A DNA stretch of 64,000 nucleotides from Nitrospirota bacterium (GTDB lineage Bacteria > Nitrospirota > UBA9217): NCBI GenBank assembly GCA_963663225.1, contig OY760142.1, positions 608,001 through 672,000 of the forward strand. Reading direction: 5' to 3'. Within the stretch, counting starts at the first letter, position 1; every line of letters begins with the position of its first letter. This document shows, one piece after another, positions 16,878 to 27,115 of this stretch. The notes under the pieces are model-generated. The model searched no databases. It was not told the origin of the DNA and worked only from the letters and a program-made list of their open reading frames with translations. A program made the position numbers and the translations under genes.

Positions 16878-18467
16878 ATGCCATTGACTTTTATTGATAT
16901 AGAAAAACAGAAGACCTGGCGTATCTGGATTTTTCTGCTCGTCCTCATAGTCTTGTACTTTGCCGTCATCCTTGCATGCGCGTTGCCGTTTTTCCCTCAT
17001 GCGGCAGCAATTTCAACTCAATTCCTGTTCTCCGCACTTCTTATAGCCCTTGCCGCGGCCGGAACACATTTTTGGTTCTCTGCTTCCGATACCGTTGCCA
17101 CGGTGCTTCAGGGACTTGACGCCCAGCCTCCTGATTCAAAAGATGCCGTTCACCAAGTGCTTATCAACGTCATGCAGGAGATGCATACGGTCACCGGCAA
17201 CAAACGCCGCATCCGGTGCGCGGTCATACCGACGCTTTCCCTGAACGCACTGGCCGCTGCGGACTTGAAGGGAAATGCCGTTATTGCGATCACGGAAGGC
17301 CTCCTCTCAAAGTTGAGCCGACCGCAGCTTGAGTCCGTCGTCGCTCATGAAGCGAATCATGTTCTGGCGGGAGACTGCCTTGAGACCACCGTGGCCGCAA
17401 GCCTGTTCGGCACACTGTCCGCTTTTGTGGATAAAATCACCGATACCTCGCGCGGCCGCTCGTTTTTTCATCCCGCATTTTTCCTCGCCTGGCTGCTGCT
17501 CTTTCTGAGCAATCTCCTGAATATGTTCATCTCACGGGAGCGGGAGTACCGCGCAGACGCGGCCGCCGTCCGCATGACGAGAAATCCGATAGCGCTCGCC
17601 GAAACGCTCCATCTCCTGTCGCGAGGATGGCGCGGGGCAGGTTTTATCGGAAGCGGATACGAAATGCTTTGCATCGTAAATCCGAACGCGGCCATGCTCG
17701 ACGAGTCCGAGGGTTTCTGGGCCGACCTCATTTCCACCCATCCGCCGATCCGGAAACGGATCGATATTCTGCTTCGCATGGCTCATATGAGTATCGCGGA
17801 ATTGAAAGCCAGAACAGCCGTGAAAACAAGTCAAATCACCGAATCTTTCCCCCCTTCCTTCTTCGCCATGAACCCGCAGCAGCAATGGCAGGGCCCTTTT
17901 ACCCTGCCGGAGCTTAGCGCTTTGCCGTGGCTGTCTCCGCTCACCTGGATCACAAACGGTGACAAGCAGGCCGCGGAACGCGCATGGAAACAGCCGCTCA
18001 TCAATGCTATTTTTGTTTCCCAGCTTTCCCAGGACGACAAAACGGCGTCTGATTTTACCTGTCCGGTTTGCCGCCAGCCGCTCCGGATGGAAACGTATGA
18101 AGGCACCCAGATATACCAATGTCTTTTCTGCGCGGGCACACTGGTGGACACACCAAAAATCCCGAGAATTCTTGCGCGAGCAGGACGCGACCAACCCTGC
18201 TCGGAACGGATAAAAGCGCTTGCCTGCTCTGTGCAGAAAGAAAACCAGATCAGGTTTACCCGCCAGAAGCTGACGGGAACCGGGAAAAGCCCCGTACCGC
18301 TTTATCCCTGCCCCAAATGCAAAAATCCCATGTATCGGGGCTTTTACAGCGGCGCGTATCTTGTAGAGATTGACCGCTGCAGCCTCTGCGGCATTACCTG
18401 GTTTGATCAGGACGAGCTGAACATGCTGCAATGCCTGACAACACCAGCCGATCCCCAGACGTCCTGA
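16878..18467 (+). CDS. HtpX-like M48 zinc protease with C-terminal GYF_2-like segment and two TFIIB-type zinc ribbons
   Basis: AHEANH, SREREYRAD, STHPPIRKRI; then WQGPFTLPEL, CPVC...CLFCAG and CPKC...EIDRCSLCGITWFDQDEL. Confidence 0.85.
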   Translation: MPLTFIDIEKQKTWRIWIFLLVLIVLYFAVILACALPFFPHAAAISTQFLFSALLIALAAAGTHFWFSASDTVATVLQGLDAQPPDSKDAVHQVLINVMQEMHTVTGNKRRIRCAVIPTLSLNALAAADLKGNAVIAITEGLLSKLSRPQLESVVAHEANHVLAGDCLETTVAASLFGTLSAFVDKITDTSRGRSFFHPAFFLAWLLLFLSNLLNMFISREREYRADAAAVRMTRNPIALAETLHLLSRGWRGAGFIGSGYEMLCIVNPNAAMLDESEGFWADLISTHPPIRKRIDILLRMAHMSIAELKARTAVKTSQITESFPPSFFAMNPQQQWQGPFTLPELSALPWLSPLTWITNGDKQAAERAWKQPLINAIFVSQLSQDDKTASDFTCPVCRQPLRMETYEGTQIYQCLFCAGTLVDTPKIPRILARAGRDQPCSERIKALACSVQKENQIRFTRQKLTGTGKSPVPLYPCPKCKNPMYRGFYSGAYLVEIDRCSLCGITWFDQDELNMLQCLTTPADPQTS

Positions 18468-18487
18468 ATCGTCGAGAGGAAGGCATC

Positions 18488-19162
18488 ATGATTACCGTCA
18501 AATTTTTTGCGATACTGAAAGATAAAGCAGGCGCGTCCGAGCTAAAGCTGGCCGTTGTCCCGGCAACCGTCTCTGACCTGCTTCAGCAGATATCACGGGA
18601 ACACCCCGCAATCTCGGATATCCTTTCACGGGGAAGCGTACTGGTCGCGGTGAACCAGGAATTTGCAAAACCTGATGCACGGCTCAAAGAGGGAGATGAA
18701 GTGGCCCTTATGCCTCCTGTTTCCGGCGGCGCGGAACCGTCCCGCAATGTCCGGATTCAGGCAGGACCGTTCTCGCTCGATGATGAAGTGGAACGCTTAA
18801 AAAAAACATCAGCGTCGATCGGCGCAATCGTCACGTTTCTGGGAACTACGCGCGACATTTCGCAGGGCAAACAGGTTGCCAAACTGGAATTCGAGCATTA
18901 TCCCGGCATGGCGGAAAAGAAACTGCAGGAAATCCGTGACAAGGCGATTCGGGATTATGGAGCGATTGACGTGTGCATCATACACCGGACAGGAACAATT
19001 CCCGTGGGAGAAAATATCGTGCTGATCGCGGCGGCGGCAGAACATCGCGACGCGGCCTTTAGCGCATGCCGTTTTTGCATTGATGAATTGAAGCGAATCA
19101 CTCCGATCTGGAAAAAGGAAACCACCGCTGAAGGAGAACTCTGGGTGGAAGCGCATCCATAA
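18488..19162 (+). CDS. MoaD-MoaE fusion molybdopterin synthase
   Basis: MITVKFFAIL...VAVNQEF...DEVALMPPVSGG continues in frame into GAIVTFLGTTR, EHYPGMAE, HRTG, IDELKRITPIWKKE. Confidence 0.93.
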   Translation: MITVKFFAILKDKAGASELKLAVVPATVSDLLQQISREHPAISDILSRGSVLVAVNQEFAKPDARLKEGDEVALMPPVSGGAEPSRNVRIQAGPFSLDDEVERLKKTSASIGAIVTFLGTTRDISQGKQVAKLEFEHYPGMAEKKLQEIRDKAIRDYGAIDVCIIHRTGTIPVGENIVLIAAAAEHRDAAFSACRFCIDELKRITPIWKKETTAEGELWVEAHP

Positions 19163-19211
19163 ATTTCAGAATACGAACAGCCCCTGTTGTTTCACTTCGC
19201 ACAGCCAGCGT

Positions 19212-19940
19212 TTAGTATGTATTCCATCCCGGTATTAAAATCGTCAGTTTGTCCATAATCAGCAGCACGCCCATGACAATCAGGACAACTCCGCTTATTA
19301 TTTTAATGACCTTGAAGTGTTTTCTGACGATGTTGAATGAAGTCAGAAACGTGCTGATGGCGATTGACGAAAGAATAAACGGAATACCGAGGCCCAGCGA
19401 GTAAAACGTCAACAGCACCATGCCTGTGCCCACCGTGCGCGTTTCCATGGCCAGCGCCAGTACCGACCCCAGAAACGGTCCGGTGCACGGGGTCCAGCCC
19501 GCGGCGAAAACCATCCCGATAACAAGCGTTCCCGCATATCCCGCAGGCCTTGTTTTCAGATGCAGCCTTGCTTCCTGCTGAAGGAAAGGGATCTTTACCA
19601 CGTCCATGACAAAGATACCCATGAGTATGACAAAAACTCCTCCTGCAATCCGGATGTTCTCCAGGTGCTGTGACAAAATGCCGCCCGCCATGCTTGCTGT
19701 TGCCCCTAAAAGCACGAATATTATCGTGAACCCTGCAACGAAAACACCGGTATGCAACAGTGAAATTCTCATGTTTCTGCCGCGTGAGCCGGGGCTCACC
19801 AGATCATCGTAGCCGATTCCCGTGATATAGGAAACATAGGAAGGGATCAGGGGAAGAATACAGGGGGACACAAAGGACGTGAGCCCCATAAAAAGAGAAA
19901 ACAGCAGCGTGTACAGTGTCAGTCCCTGTGCAGGGTCCAT
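19212..19940 (-). CDS. ccdA: Cytochrome c biogenesis protein CcdA
   Basis: SFVSPCILPLIP, GWTPCTGP, YSLGLGIPF; multiple TM segments. Confidence 0.93.
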   Translation of the reverse strand: MDPAQGLTLYTLLFSLFMGLTSFVSPCILPLIPSYVSYITGIGYDDLVSPGSRGRNMRISLLHTGVFVAGFTIIFVLLGATASMAGGILSQHLENIRIAGGVFVILMGIFVMDVVKIPFLQQEARLHLKTRPAGYAGTLVIGMVFAAGWTPCTGPFLGSVLALAMETRTVGTGMVLLTFYSLGLGIPFILSSIAISTFLTSFNIVRKHFKVIKIISGVVLIVMGVLLIMDKLTILIPGWNTY

Positions 19941-20102
19941 GGATGTCACCTTGTAAGTAATATAAAACATCATAACAAAGCATTTATAATCTATCAAGAT
20001 AAAGTTTTCTCATTTCTGTGTATGGTATGGAGGATTATTCTGTTGACAAAAACAGCCAATTTCATTAACGTTATGCATCTTCAATCAGGAGGATGCAGCT
20101 TC

Positions 20103-20726
20103 ATGTATATCAAGCAACCGATGCAATACTTTTTGGACAAGCTGGCAAGCAGTTCTCCCGAACCAGGGGGCGGCAGTGTGGCGGCATTAGTAGGGGCACT
20201 GTCTGGAGCGCTCGTGAGCATGGTTGCAAACCTTACTCTCGGCAAGGAAAAATACAAAAACGTCCAACCGCAGATCGAACAACTTCTCAAAGAGTCCGAA
20301 AAACTTCGGGCCGAGATGCAGGACCTGATCCAGAAGGACACCGAGGTCTACGGCACCTTATCCGCCGTGCATAAAATGCCGAAGAACACCGACGATGAGA
20401 AAACCGATCGCACTCTGAAGATGCAGGCCGCGCTCAAAGAGGCATGCCGCGTCCCGTTCGAAATCGGGCAAAAATCCCTCGAAATAACCAGACTTGCAGA
20501 ACGCGCGGCTGTTCTCGGCAATACCGGAGTAATAAGCGATGCCGGTGTCGCAGCAGTTCTGGCCCGCGCGTGCGCGCAAAGCGCCGCTCTCAACGTAAAA
20601 ATCAATATCAACAGCATTAAAGACGAGGCATACAACCGAACAACCTGGGAGCAGATGCAACGCGTATTGGAACAGGCGTCTGCCCTTGAAAAAACTATTC
20701 TCGAGACAACATACTCGAAAATGTGA
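20103..20726 (+). CDS. Cyclodeaminase/cyclohydrolase family (FTCD_C, FchA-like)
   Basis: LASSSPEPGGGSVAAL, SMVANLT, GNTGVISDAGVA, AALNVKIN; directly upstream of folD. Confidence 0.9.
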   Translation: MYIKQPMQYFLDKLASSSPEPGGGSVAALVGALSGALVSMVANLTLGKEKYKNVQPQIEQLLKESEKLRAEMQDLIQKDTEVYGTLSAVHKMPKNTDDEKTDRTLKMQAALKEACRVPFEIGQKSLEITRLAERAAVLGNTGVISDAGVAAVLARACAQSAALNVKININSIKDEAYNRTTWEQMQRVLEQASALEKTILETTYSKM

Positions 20727-20750
20727 TTCCACGCGTGTGAGGAATGGAGA

Positions 20751-21611
20751 ATGCCGGCAAAGCTTTTGACAGGAAAAGAAGTCGCACACCACATTGAACA
20801 GTGCCTCCAGCGTGAAGTCCAGTACCTGAAAGCTCAGGGAATTGCTCCCGCTCTCAGGATATTGATCGTTGGGACTGCTGCTGAATCGCTAGCGTATACC
20901 AAAAATGCGGTAAAGATAGCCGAAAAACTGGGTGTTTCCTGCGCTATCGAACAATTGCCGTTCGATACGAGCGAGAATGAATTCATCAAGACACTGAGTG
21001 AGCGAAACAGCGATCCAGGCATTCACGGGATTCTCATTATGCGGCCGCTTCCGAAGCATATCAGCGAAGATGTGGTCAAATACGCGATCGATCCGGAAAA
21101 AGACATGGACTGCCTCAACCCGGTGAATGCCGGAAAAGTCATGGTCGGAGACTTAACCGGGTTTCCTCCCGCGACCCCTCAGGCCGTAATGAAAATTCTC
21201 CGTTTTTATGAAATCCCGCTCAGCGGCAAAGAAGTCGTGGTTGTCGGACGCTCCATGGTTGTGGGAAAACCGCTGTCAATGCTGCTGCTGCATGAGAATG
21301 CCACGGTGACTGTCTGCCACTCAAAAACGCATGATCTGCCTGCTGTGTGCAGAAGGGCCGATATTTTGATCGTTGCCATCGGCAAAGCCAGAATGGTAAC
21401 ACCTGAGTACATAAAGAGCGGTGCAACGGTTATAGACGTGGGCATTAACGTAGAAACAGGCAAGCTTTGCGGCGACGTTGATACGGAGCAGGCCATAGAT
21501 ATGGCCGGGGCTGTCACCCCTGTTCCGGGAGGGGTCGGGGTTGTAACCACACGAGTATTGCTTGAGCATGTGGTCCGCGCAGCGAAGATGCAAAACGCTT
21601 TAATAAAATAA
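20751..21611 (+). CDS. folD: Methylenetetrahydrofolate dehydrogenase/cyclohydrolase
   Basis: PEKDMD, PATP, GRSMVVGKP, ATVTVCHSKT, VIDVGIN, TPVPGGVG. Confidence 0.95.
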   Translation: MPAKLLTGKEVAHHIEQCLQREVQYLKAQGIAPALRILIVGTAAESLAYTKNAVKIAEKLGVSCAIEQLPFDTSENEFIKTLSERNSDPGIHGILIMRPLPKHISEDVVKYAIDPEKDMDCLNPVNAGKVMVGDLTGFPPATPQAVMKILRFYEIPLSGKEVVVVGRSMVVGKPLSMLLLHENATVTVCHSKTHDLPAVCRRADILIVAIGKARMVTPEYIKSGATVIDVGINVETGKLCGDVDTEQAIDMAGAVTPVPGGVGVVTTRVLLEHVVRAAKMQNALIK

Positions 21612-21636
21612 GCTGAAATATCATTTGGGAAAAAAT

Positions 21637-21668
21637 AAAAAAGCCCCGGAGAAATCCTCCGGGGCTTT
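21637..21668. terminator. Bidirectional intrinsic terminator between folD and the porin
   Basis: AAAAAAGCCCCGGAG-AAATC-CTCCGGGGCTTT between convergent genes. Confidence 0.85.
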
Positions 21669-21706
21669 GTGTTTCCGAACATCAGCACATCGCTGTGCTT
21701 TTTATA

Positions 21707-22987
21707 CTAGAACTTGAGGGAAAGAATTCCCTGAATTGCATAGGCATCGGAATTGATTCCTGCGGCAGTGCGGTAGCAACCACCGGTCGCAAACCAACCA
21801 GCCTGCCAGCTCCAGGAAAGGTTCGGGCTGATCTGCCAGTTAAGTTTGAGGTCTGTTTCAAAGCCGAGGTCCTTGGAGGGGGTGCCGCCGTTCAGAGCGA
21901 TCCACTCAGCTGCCTTGAACCAATAGGCATCGAAGCCAACTGCAAGGCTCTTTACAACCTGAACCATTGCGCCAGCATTAACCATCATGGTGTTCTGGAA
22001 ACCACGGTTTGTTGCGTTTGCAGCACCTCTTAACCGATATTCATAGATCAAGGAATAGTGCTGGCCGATGTCGAGCAGGTTAACTACCTGTGATACGTTG
22101 GAAGAACCAGGGCGGTTGCCGCTGCCGTATGCTGCACCGGCGTTGAAGGTCACGATGCTGACCGGTACGGTAGCCTGAATGATGCCCTGGAAGCCGTCAT
22201 AATCGATGCCGCCAGCCGCTGCTGTAGTCTGCACTCTACCCTTCTGTACATCAACTTCACCCTTGATCGTTGCAACGCCGACCTTCGCGTTCCAGTTGGC
22301 GCCAAAGTTCATCAAATAGCCGCTGCCGCCAGCAGTTGGTGCCGCAAGTACGGAACCATTGTTGTCCAGGAGATAGGACACATCAACACCGAGAGTAATT
22401 CCATCTGTCGGCTTCACAGTTACGAGTGCGGTGTAGAGATCCACATCATCATGGTTCACCGTGGTGGTGCCTTCATTGATTTTTACATCCTGAAGAGCAA
22501 CTGTGGCTTTGCCAAGGTTAGCATACACAATCCATGCATCCTGACCGCCATAGGTTGAACGCTCGAACCAGCCCTGGCCGATCTGGCCAAGCTGACGTCC
22601 GGCTTTCACGCCGACCGGAAGGCCAGGGATCATGAAATCAATCCATGCTTCACGGATGAGCGTCGTGCTTGTTGTACCATTCGTACCTCTGTTTGCTGCG
22701 CCGTCACTTACCCCTCTGCCAATCCATGTATCATAATCGTTCCAGAGGGCCAGTTTTCCCTTGATATTATTGTCTGCCTTGATGTTCACTTCGAGCAAGA
22801 ACCGTGTCTGGGTATAATTGTCATTTGTTGCATCTGCGTGGCTGTTCGGCTGCGGTGATGCGGCAATATTATAGAACATCCTGCTTCGCACCGCGGCTTC
22901 TCCGCTCAGCGTTACGTCGAGCGCAAAGGCCACGCTGCTGATGCAGAGCGCTGCGAGTACTACAGCTACTACCAAAAACTTCTTCAT
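21707..22987 (-). CDS. Outer-membrane beta-barrel porin (alginate-export/homotrimeric porin-like)
   Basis: Signal peptide MKKFLVVAVVLAALCISSVAFA, amphipathic strands (EAWIDF...VKAGRQ), C-terminal Phe (LSLKF). Confidence 0.8.
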   Translation of the reverse strand: MKKFLVVAVVLAALCISSVAFALDVTLSGEAAVRSRMFYNIAASPQPNSHADATNDNYTQTRFLLEVNIKADNNIKGKLALWNDYDTWIGRGVSDGAANRGTNGTTSTTLIREAWIDFMIPGLPVGVKAGRQLGQIGQGWFERSTYGGQDAWIVYANLGKATVALQDVKINEGTTTVNHDDVDLYTALVTVKPTDGITLGVDVSYLLDNNGSVLAAPTAGGSGYLMNFGANWNAKVGVATIKGEVDVQKGRVQTTAAAGGIDYDGFQGIIQATVPVSIVTFNAGAAYGSGNRPGSSNVSQVVNLLDIGQHYSLIYEYRLRGAANATNRGFQNTMMVNAGAMVQVVKSLAVGFDAYWFKAAEWIALNGGTPSKDLGFETDLKLNWQISPNLSWSWQAGWFATGGCYRTAAGINSDAYAIQGILSLKF

Positions 22988-23503
22988 CGTTTATCCTCCC
23001 TTGATATTAATTTTGCTCCGATTTATCCGAAGCACTGACTGACTTCCGAATTTTTAATGAAGCAATGTTTCTTTATACTTATACGACAGTGTTTCTTTAC
23101 AATAAGATACCGACTCATCCCCCCTTTCACGGTAAAATATGACTCTTATAATCAACCGAAAAAAAAACGGACAAACCGTTTACATCCGTACGTTGGCATT
23201 ATTGCTTCGAGATAATAACGGCTGGATTGCGCGCCTAGAGAGAATCCTTGAAGAGATGCTGCTGGCTGTTTAACGGCGTGCATTTCAGCTGGGATCGAGG
23301 GACAATCGTGATATGTAGGTCTGTTAGTGGTTATCATAGACAATTTAAATCGCTTAAATCCGCCACTATTACAAACTGCTACAAACTACGGTCATTCAAT
23401 ACTACCGACTGCAAAAGAACATGCCGCTAATGAAGGCATTGAGAAACTTATGGCAAACTATAGCAAAGTAGCATATCCAAGTCAAGCGTTTTTTACCTGA
23501 TAG

Positions 23504-23555
23504 AAAAAGGCATAATTCCCCTCTCTTTCTGTAAATTACGAGAGGGGAATTATGC
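23504..23555 (-). terminator. Intrinsic terminator after the FadL-like gene
   Basis: GCATAATTCCCCTCTC...GAGAGGGGAATTATGC inverted repeat preceded by an A-run. Confidence 0.75.
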
Positions 23556-23571
23556 TGTCTGACACTAATTT

Positions 23572-24777
23572 TTAGAATTTATACGCTACCGACATGCCGA
23601 AAATCTGCACGTCAGTATTATATGTTCCGTTCAGAGTGCTACCGTACAGGCTGTCGCTGACATTTCTGGTCTCGAACAGCATATAAAGATAGGCAACATC
23701 AATACTCAGGTTGCCTATAGTATATCCTGCCCCGATTGTGAAGCCGTGCCTGTCGGCATCAGGGACTCTTGTTTCGAAATAATGGTCAGGGACCGGGTTT
23801 TTGTCATACTGGTATCCTGCGCGCAGTTTCCAATTGTCGTTCAACTTATATTGTCCGCCGACCCGTATGTTCAAGACGTCATTCCATTGTTTTTCATAGG
23901 TATGATTATACGCAGAATTGGCCGCGGTAGTCTGGATTTTATCATAGGTTGACCACCAGGTATAGCCAAGATCCAGGTTCAGTGTCAGCTTGTCCGTGGG
24001 CTTTACCGAGATACCCCATGACAGAAGGTCCGGCAGCGTAATTGAAGTGGTAACTGTTGAAGGTGCCGGGAACGGCGGGGTTGGTCCGACAACCTGCGCT
24101 ATGCCGTCCAGATCCACCCGGACGCGGCTTCTGTACGAAATTCCGGTCTTAACCGTATCTGAAACTTTATACATCGCGGCAACATTGCCTCCCCATCCCT
24201 CTCCGGACCCTCGCAACTGAGAGACATACGTTGTGGTGGGATACATATTCGACAACGTTGCGGTCATGTACACATAAGCAAGGCCAGCGGAAACAGAGAG
24301 TTTGTCATTTATCTTATAGGCAATATTCGGGTTGAATTCGGTCGTAAGCACCTGTGATAACAGGGCAACTTCACGGGTCGTACTGCCGAAGTGCCAATCC
24401 GTGCCCATGCCGAAGGGGTTGTTCACGCCGAACCCCAGTGAAATACTGTCGTTTACTTTATGCGTGACATACAGAAGAGCGGGAACATGGCTTGCGCGGG
24501 AAGCAGTGTCCGTGGTCCCGTTCGTGTTTTCGTGCGAAAACGTCGGAAGAATTACAACGAATCCGCTCATCACATTGGTCCCGTTCAACTGGGTGATGCC
24601 AGCGGGATTGTACCACACTGCCGAGGCGTCATCGGCCTGAGCCGCGAAAGCGCTCCCCATACCCATTGCAGCTGCGCCCTGCTCCGGAAGCGCGAATCCG
24701 GCAGCTGACGCATGTGTCGAAATACCCAGACATAAGGCGACCAAAGTTACCACAAGAAAACACAAGTTTTTTTTCAT
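23572..24777 (-). CDS. OmpP1/FadL/TodX family outer-membrane transporter
   Basis: AAGFALPEQGAAAMGMGSA...DDASAVWYNPAG, NNPFGMGT, LRAGYQYDKNP, PDADR, C-terminal YKF. Confidence 0.92.
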   Translation of the reverse strand: MKKNLCFLVVTLVALCLGISTHASAAGFALPEQGAAAMGMGSAFAAQADDASAVWYNPAGITQLNGTNVMSGFVVILPTFSHENTNGTTDTASRASHVPALLYVTHKVNDSISLGFGVNNPFGMGTDWHFGSTTREVALLSQVLTTEFNPNIAYKINDKLSVSAGLAYVYMTATLSNMYPTTTYVSQLRGSGEGWGGNVAAMYKVSDTVKTGISYRSRVRVDLDGIAQVVGPTPPFPAPSTVTTSITLPDLLSWGISVKPTDKLTLNLDLGYTWWSTYDKIQTTAANSAYNHTYEKQWNDVLNIRVGGQYKLNDNWKLRAGYQYDKNPVPDHYFETRVPDADRHGFTIGAGYTIGNLSIDVAYLYMLFETRNVSDSLYGSTLNGTYNTDVQIFGMSVAYKF

Positions 24778-25005
24778 ATCTGCCCCCCCCTGACTGAAAT
24801 AGATCTTTTTTCGAGACAAAGATGGCGCGTAGTATAGAGATAAAACAAGAGCAGGTCAAGATATAAATTACTATATTTTTTTGTCGAAAATACCGATTGG
24901 GTGGAGAAGATTTACTGAAGTGAAAAATGATTATCAGGCTTCGGCAGGCTTCTTTTTTTTCAAACAGTTACCAATATTTTGCCCCTCAAATTTCAAAATT
25001 CAGGC

Positions 25006-25746
25006 TCAATATTCCCGCAGCCGTTTAAAAAAATCCCTGATCCTGTGCGCGTTCTTGCCCACGTCGGTCCGCCCCATGCGGGAAACCGAGCGCAGATCAA
25101 TCCGGCTTCGCTCCCCGTCCTGGGTTATTCTGATAATGATATCGTCCTTAAAACCGAACCAGAACGTGGTGTCCACGGCCTCGATCCGTCCTTCGTGCCG
25201 GTTCACGGCAATAAGGTTCCACTTCTTGCTTCGTACGACCTGCAGCGCTTTGTCGAATGCCGCCTCAGTCGGCAGGTTCATCATAAATGGTTTTATATCC
25301 GGATATGCTTTAAGCTGCTGGGCGGCAATGGCCGGTCCCCCGTATTCAGCCGGGTTTTCAGCGCCCTTTCTGAGCGGCAGGATTGAGACAAATTGCGGCG
25401 GGTTCTGTGTGTCGGTTGTAATATCATGAATCGGCGGGGATGCTACTATCGATTGTTTCCAGTTCCAGGTATTGCCTGACGTAACCAACCCGACAAGCAT
25501 GCCGAACACCGCCAGGATGACGCCGTCATAGAGCTTTTCTTGCAAGGATGCGATAAGTCCTATACCTGCTATCACAGCGGCAAGCACGCCTGCATACGCA
25601 GACCATCTCAGGATGGCAAATCCGGTGCGAAAATGCCACCATTTCCAGCGGCTGCCAAAACCCGCTAGCATGGAAATAAAACCGCACATGAGCGCGAACA
25701 AAAACCCGACTAAAACAAATATTGACACTGATGCCGCTGCCGCCAT
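25006..25746 (-). CDS. DUF1499 domain membrane protein
   Basis: PPIHDITTDTQNPPQF, QQLKAYPDI, IEAVDTTFWFGFKDDIIIR, RSVSRMGRTDVGKNAHRI. Confidence 0.9.
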   Translation of the reverse strand: MAAAASVSIFVLVGFLFALMCGFISMLAGFGSRWKWWHFRTGFAILRWSAYAGVLAAVIAGIGLIASLQEKLYDGVILAVFGMLVGLVTSGNTWNWKQSIVASPPIHDITTDTQNPPQFVSILPLRKGAENPAEYGGPAIAAQQLKAYPDIKPFMMNLPTEAAFDKALQVVRSKKWNLIAVNRHEGRIEAVDTTFWFGFKDDIIIRITQDGERSRIDLRSVSRMGRTDVGKNAHRIRDFFKRLREY

Positions 25747-25815
25747 GGTTTCCTCCTGCTTTTTGCCGATAATTCTCGGAGTTTATTTGCAAGAATCAAC
25801 AAAGACTGCTGCATA

Positions 25816-26847
25816 CTAATAGTCATTAACTGCATCAATAAAAGCCCGCAACCGTCCGAAATCCTTGCGGTTAAAATCAATCAAGAGCCGGGGTAATTGA
25901 AGCGTTTCCGGATCGTCGCGCTCTGCTTCCAGCGGTCCTGAAGGAATAATGCGTCCCCCTCCAAGCAAGATATCATGAAACTCTTCCACAAGACGGTGCA
26001 GGGCGTCGTCACTGAGTTGAGAGGCAAGCCGCATCACAAGCTGTCCCTCCACATACCGTATGCTGTGGTAGCGACGGTAAAAACGCTTGATTTTTTCAAG
26101 GGCGGCGTCAACGGAACAGACCCGTTCGAAAAACGAGAAGTCCGAGGAACTGATATAGCCGCGCTCTCTGAGTTCCTCATCGAGAAATTTGATCAGGCGG
26201 GTCCAATACGGGCAGGCAGGATCGTCCACCAGCACAAGCGGAAGCGGGTTGCGTTTGCCAGTCTGCACCAGCGTGAGGGTCTCCATCGCTTCATCAAGCG
26301 TGCCGAAACCGCCCGGGAAAAGCGCCACCGCATCGGACTCCTTGAGAAAAGCGACTTTGCGGTTGAAAAAATATTTATAGGTAATAAGTCTTGGGTTCCC
26401 TTCCACCACAGGGTTTGGCTTTTGTTCGAACGGAAGCCGTATATTCACTCCAAAGGAATGATCGGGGCCGGCGCCCTCATTTGCTGCCTGCATAATGCCC
26501 GGCCCGCCCCCGGTGATGACCATATAATCCGCCTGGGCGAGCTTTCTGCCGAACTCTTTTGCCATTTCATATGCCGGTTCTCCCGGCTGCGTGCGCGCGG
26601 AACCGAAGACCGTGACTTTTCGTATATTCCGGTAGGGACCGAAAATTTTTGAAGTGAAGCGCATTTCCTTGAGCGTTGTATTCATCAGCTTCAGGTCTGC
26701 GCTTGCGTCATCCTCCTGGCCTGCCTTGAGCGCAGCAATAATCATTTCGCGGACATACTCCGGCCTCTGTATCCCTTGAGCGGTCTCCATCAGACGTTCG
26801 ATGCGTTCGTCTATTTCTCCGTTGTTTTTTGTAAAACGAATCTTCAT
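25816..26847 (-). CDS. LOG family (TIGR00730-type) nucleotide phosphoribohydrolase
   Basis: VFGSART, ITGGGPGIMQAANEG, YFFNRK, FPGGFGTLDE. Confidence 0.9.
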   Translation of the reverse strand: MKIRFTKNNGEIDERIERLMETAQGIQRPEYVREMIIAALKAGQEDDASADLKLMNTTLKEMRFTSKIFGPYRNIRKVTVFGSARTQPGEPAYEMAKEFGRKLAQADYMVITGGGPGIMQAANEGAGPDHSFGVNIRLPFEQKPNPVVEGNPRLITYKYFFNRKVAFLKESDAVALFPGGFGTLDEAMETLTLVQTGKRNPLPLVLVDDPACPYWTRLIKFLDEELRERGYISSSDFSFFERVCSVDAALEKIKRFYRRYHSIRYVEGQLVMRLASQLSDDALHRLVEEFHDILLGGGRIIPSGPLEAERDDPETLQLPRLLIDFNRKDFGRLRAFIDAVNDY

Positions 26848-27115
26848 GGCTTTTCGGTTTCCCCATTATCCTGGTGCGGCATCAGAATAATATGAAATAG
26901 TAAGCTATTTCAAGCTGTTTGTCGAGAGCGAATAAACACGGCTTGTTGAAACACAAAAAAATTAGCGCTTTTATGCTCAAAATGGTGTATAATAAAAAAG
27001 TGGCGTTAGCAGACACAACCGTTTTTCAGCAGTGTAAAATAGATCCCCTTCTTGAAGCCCCAGCGAGTGTATATTTTCTACTCCTGTCAATTTCAGCCAT
27101 CAGCGAGGTGACATC

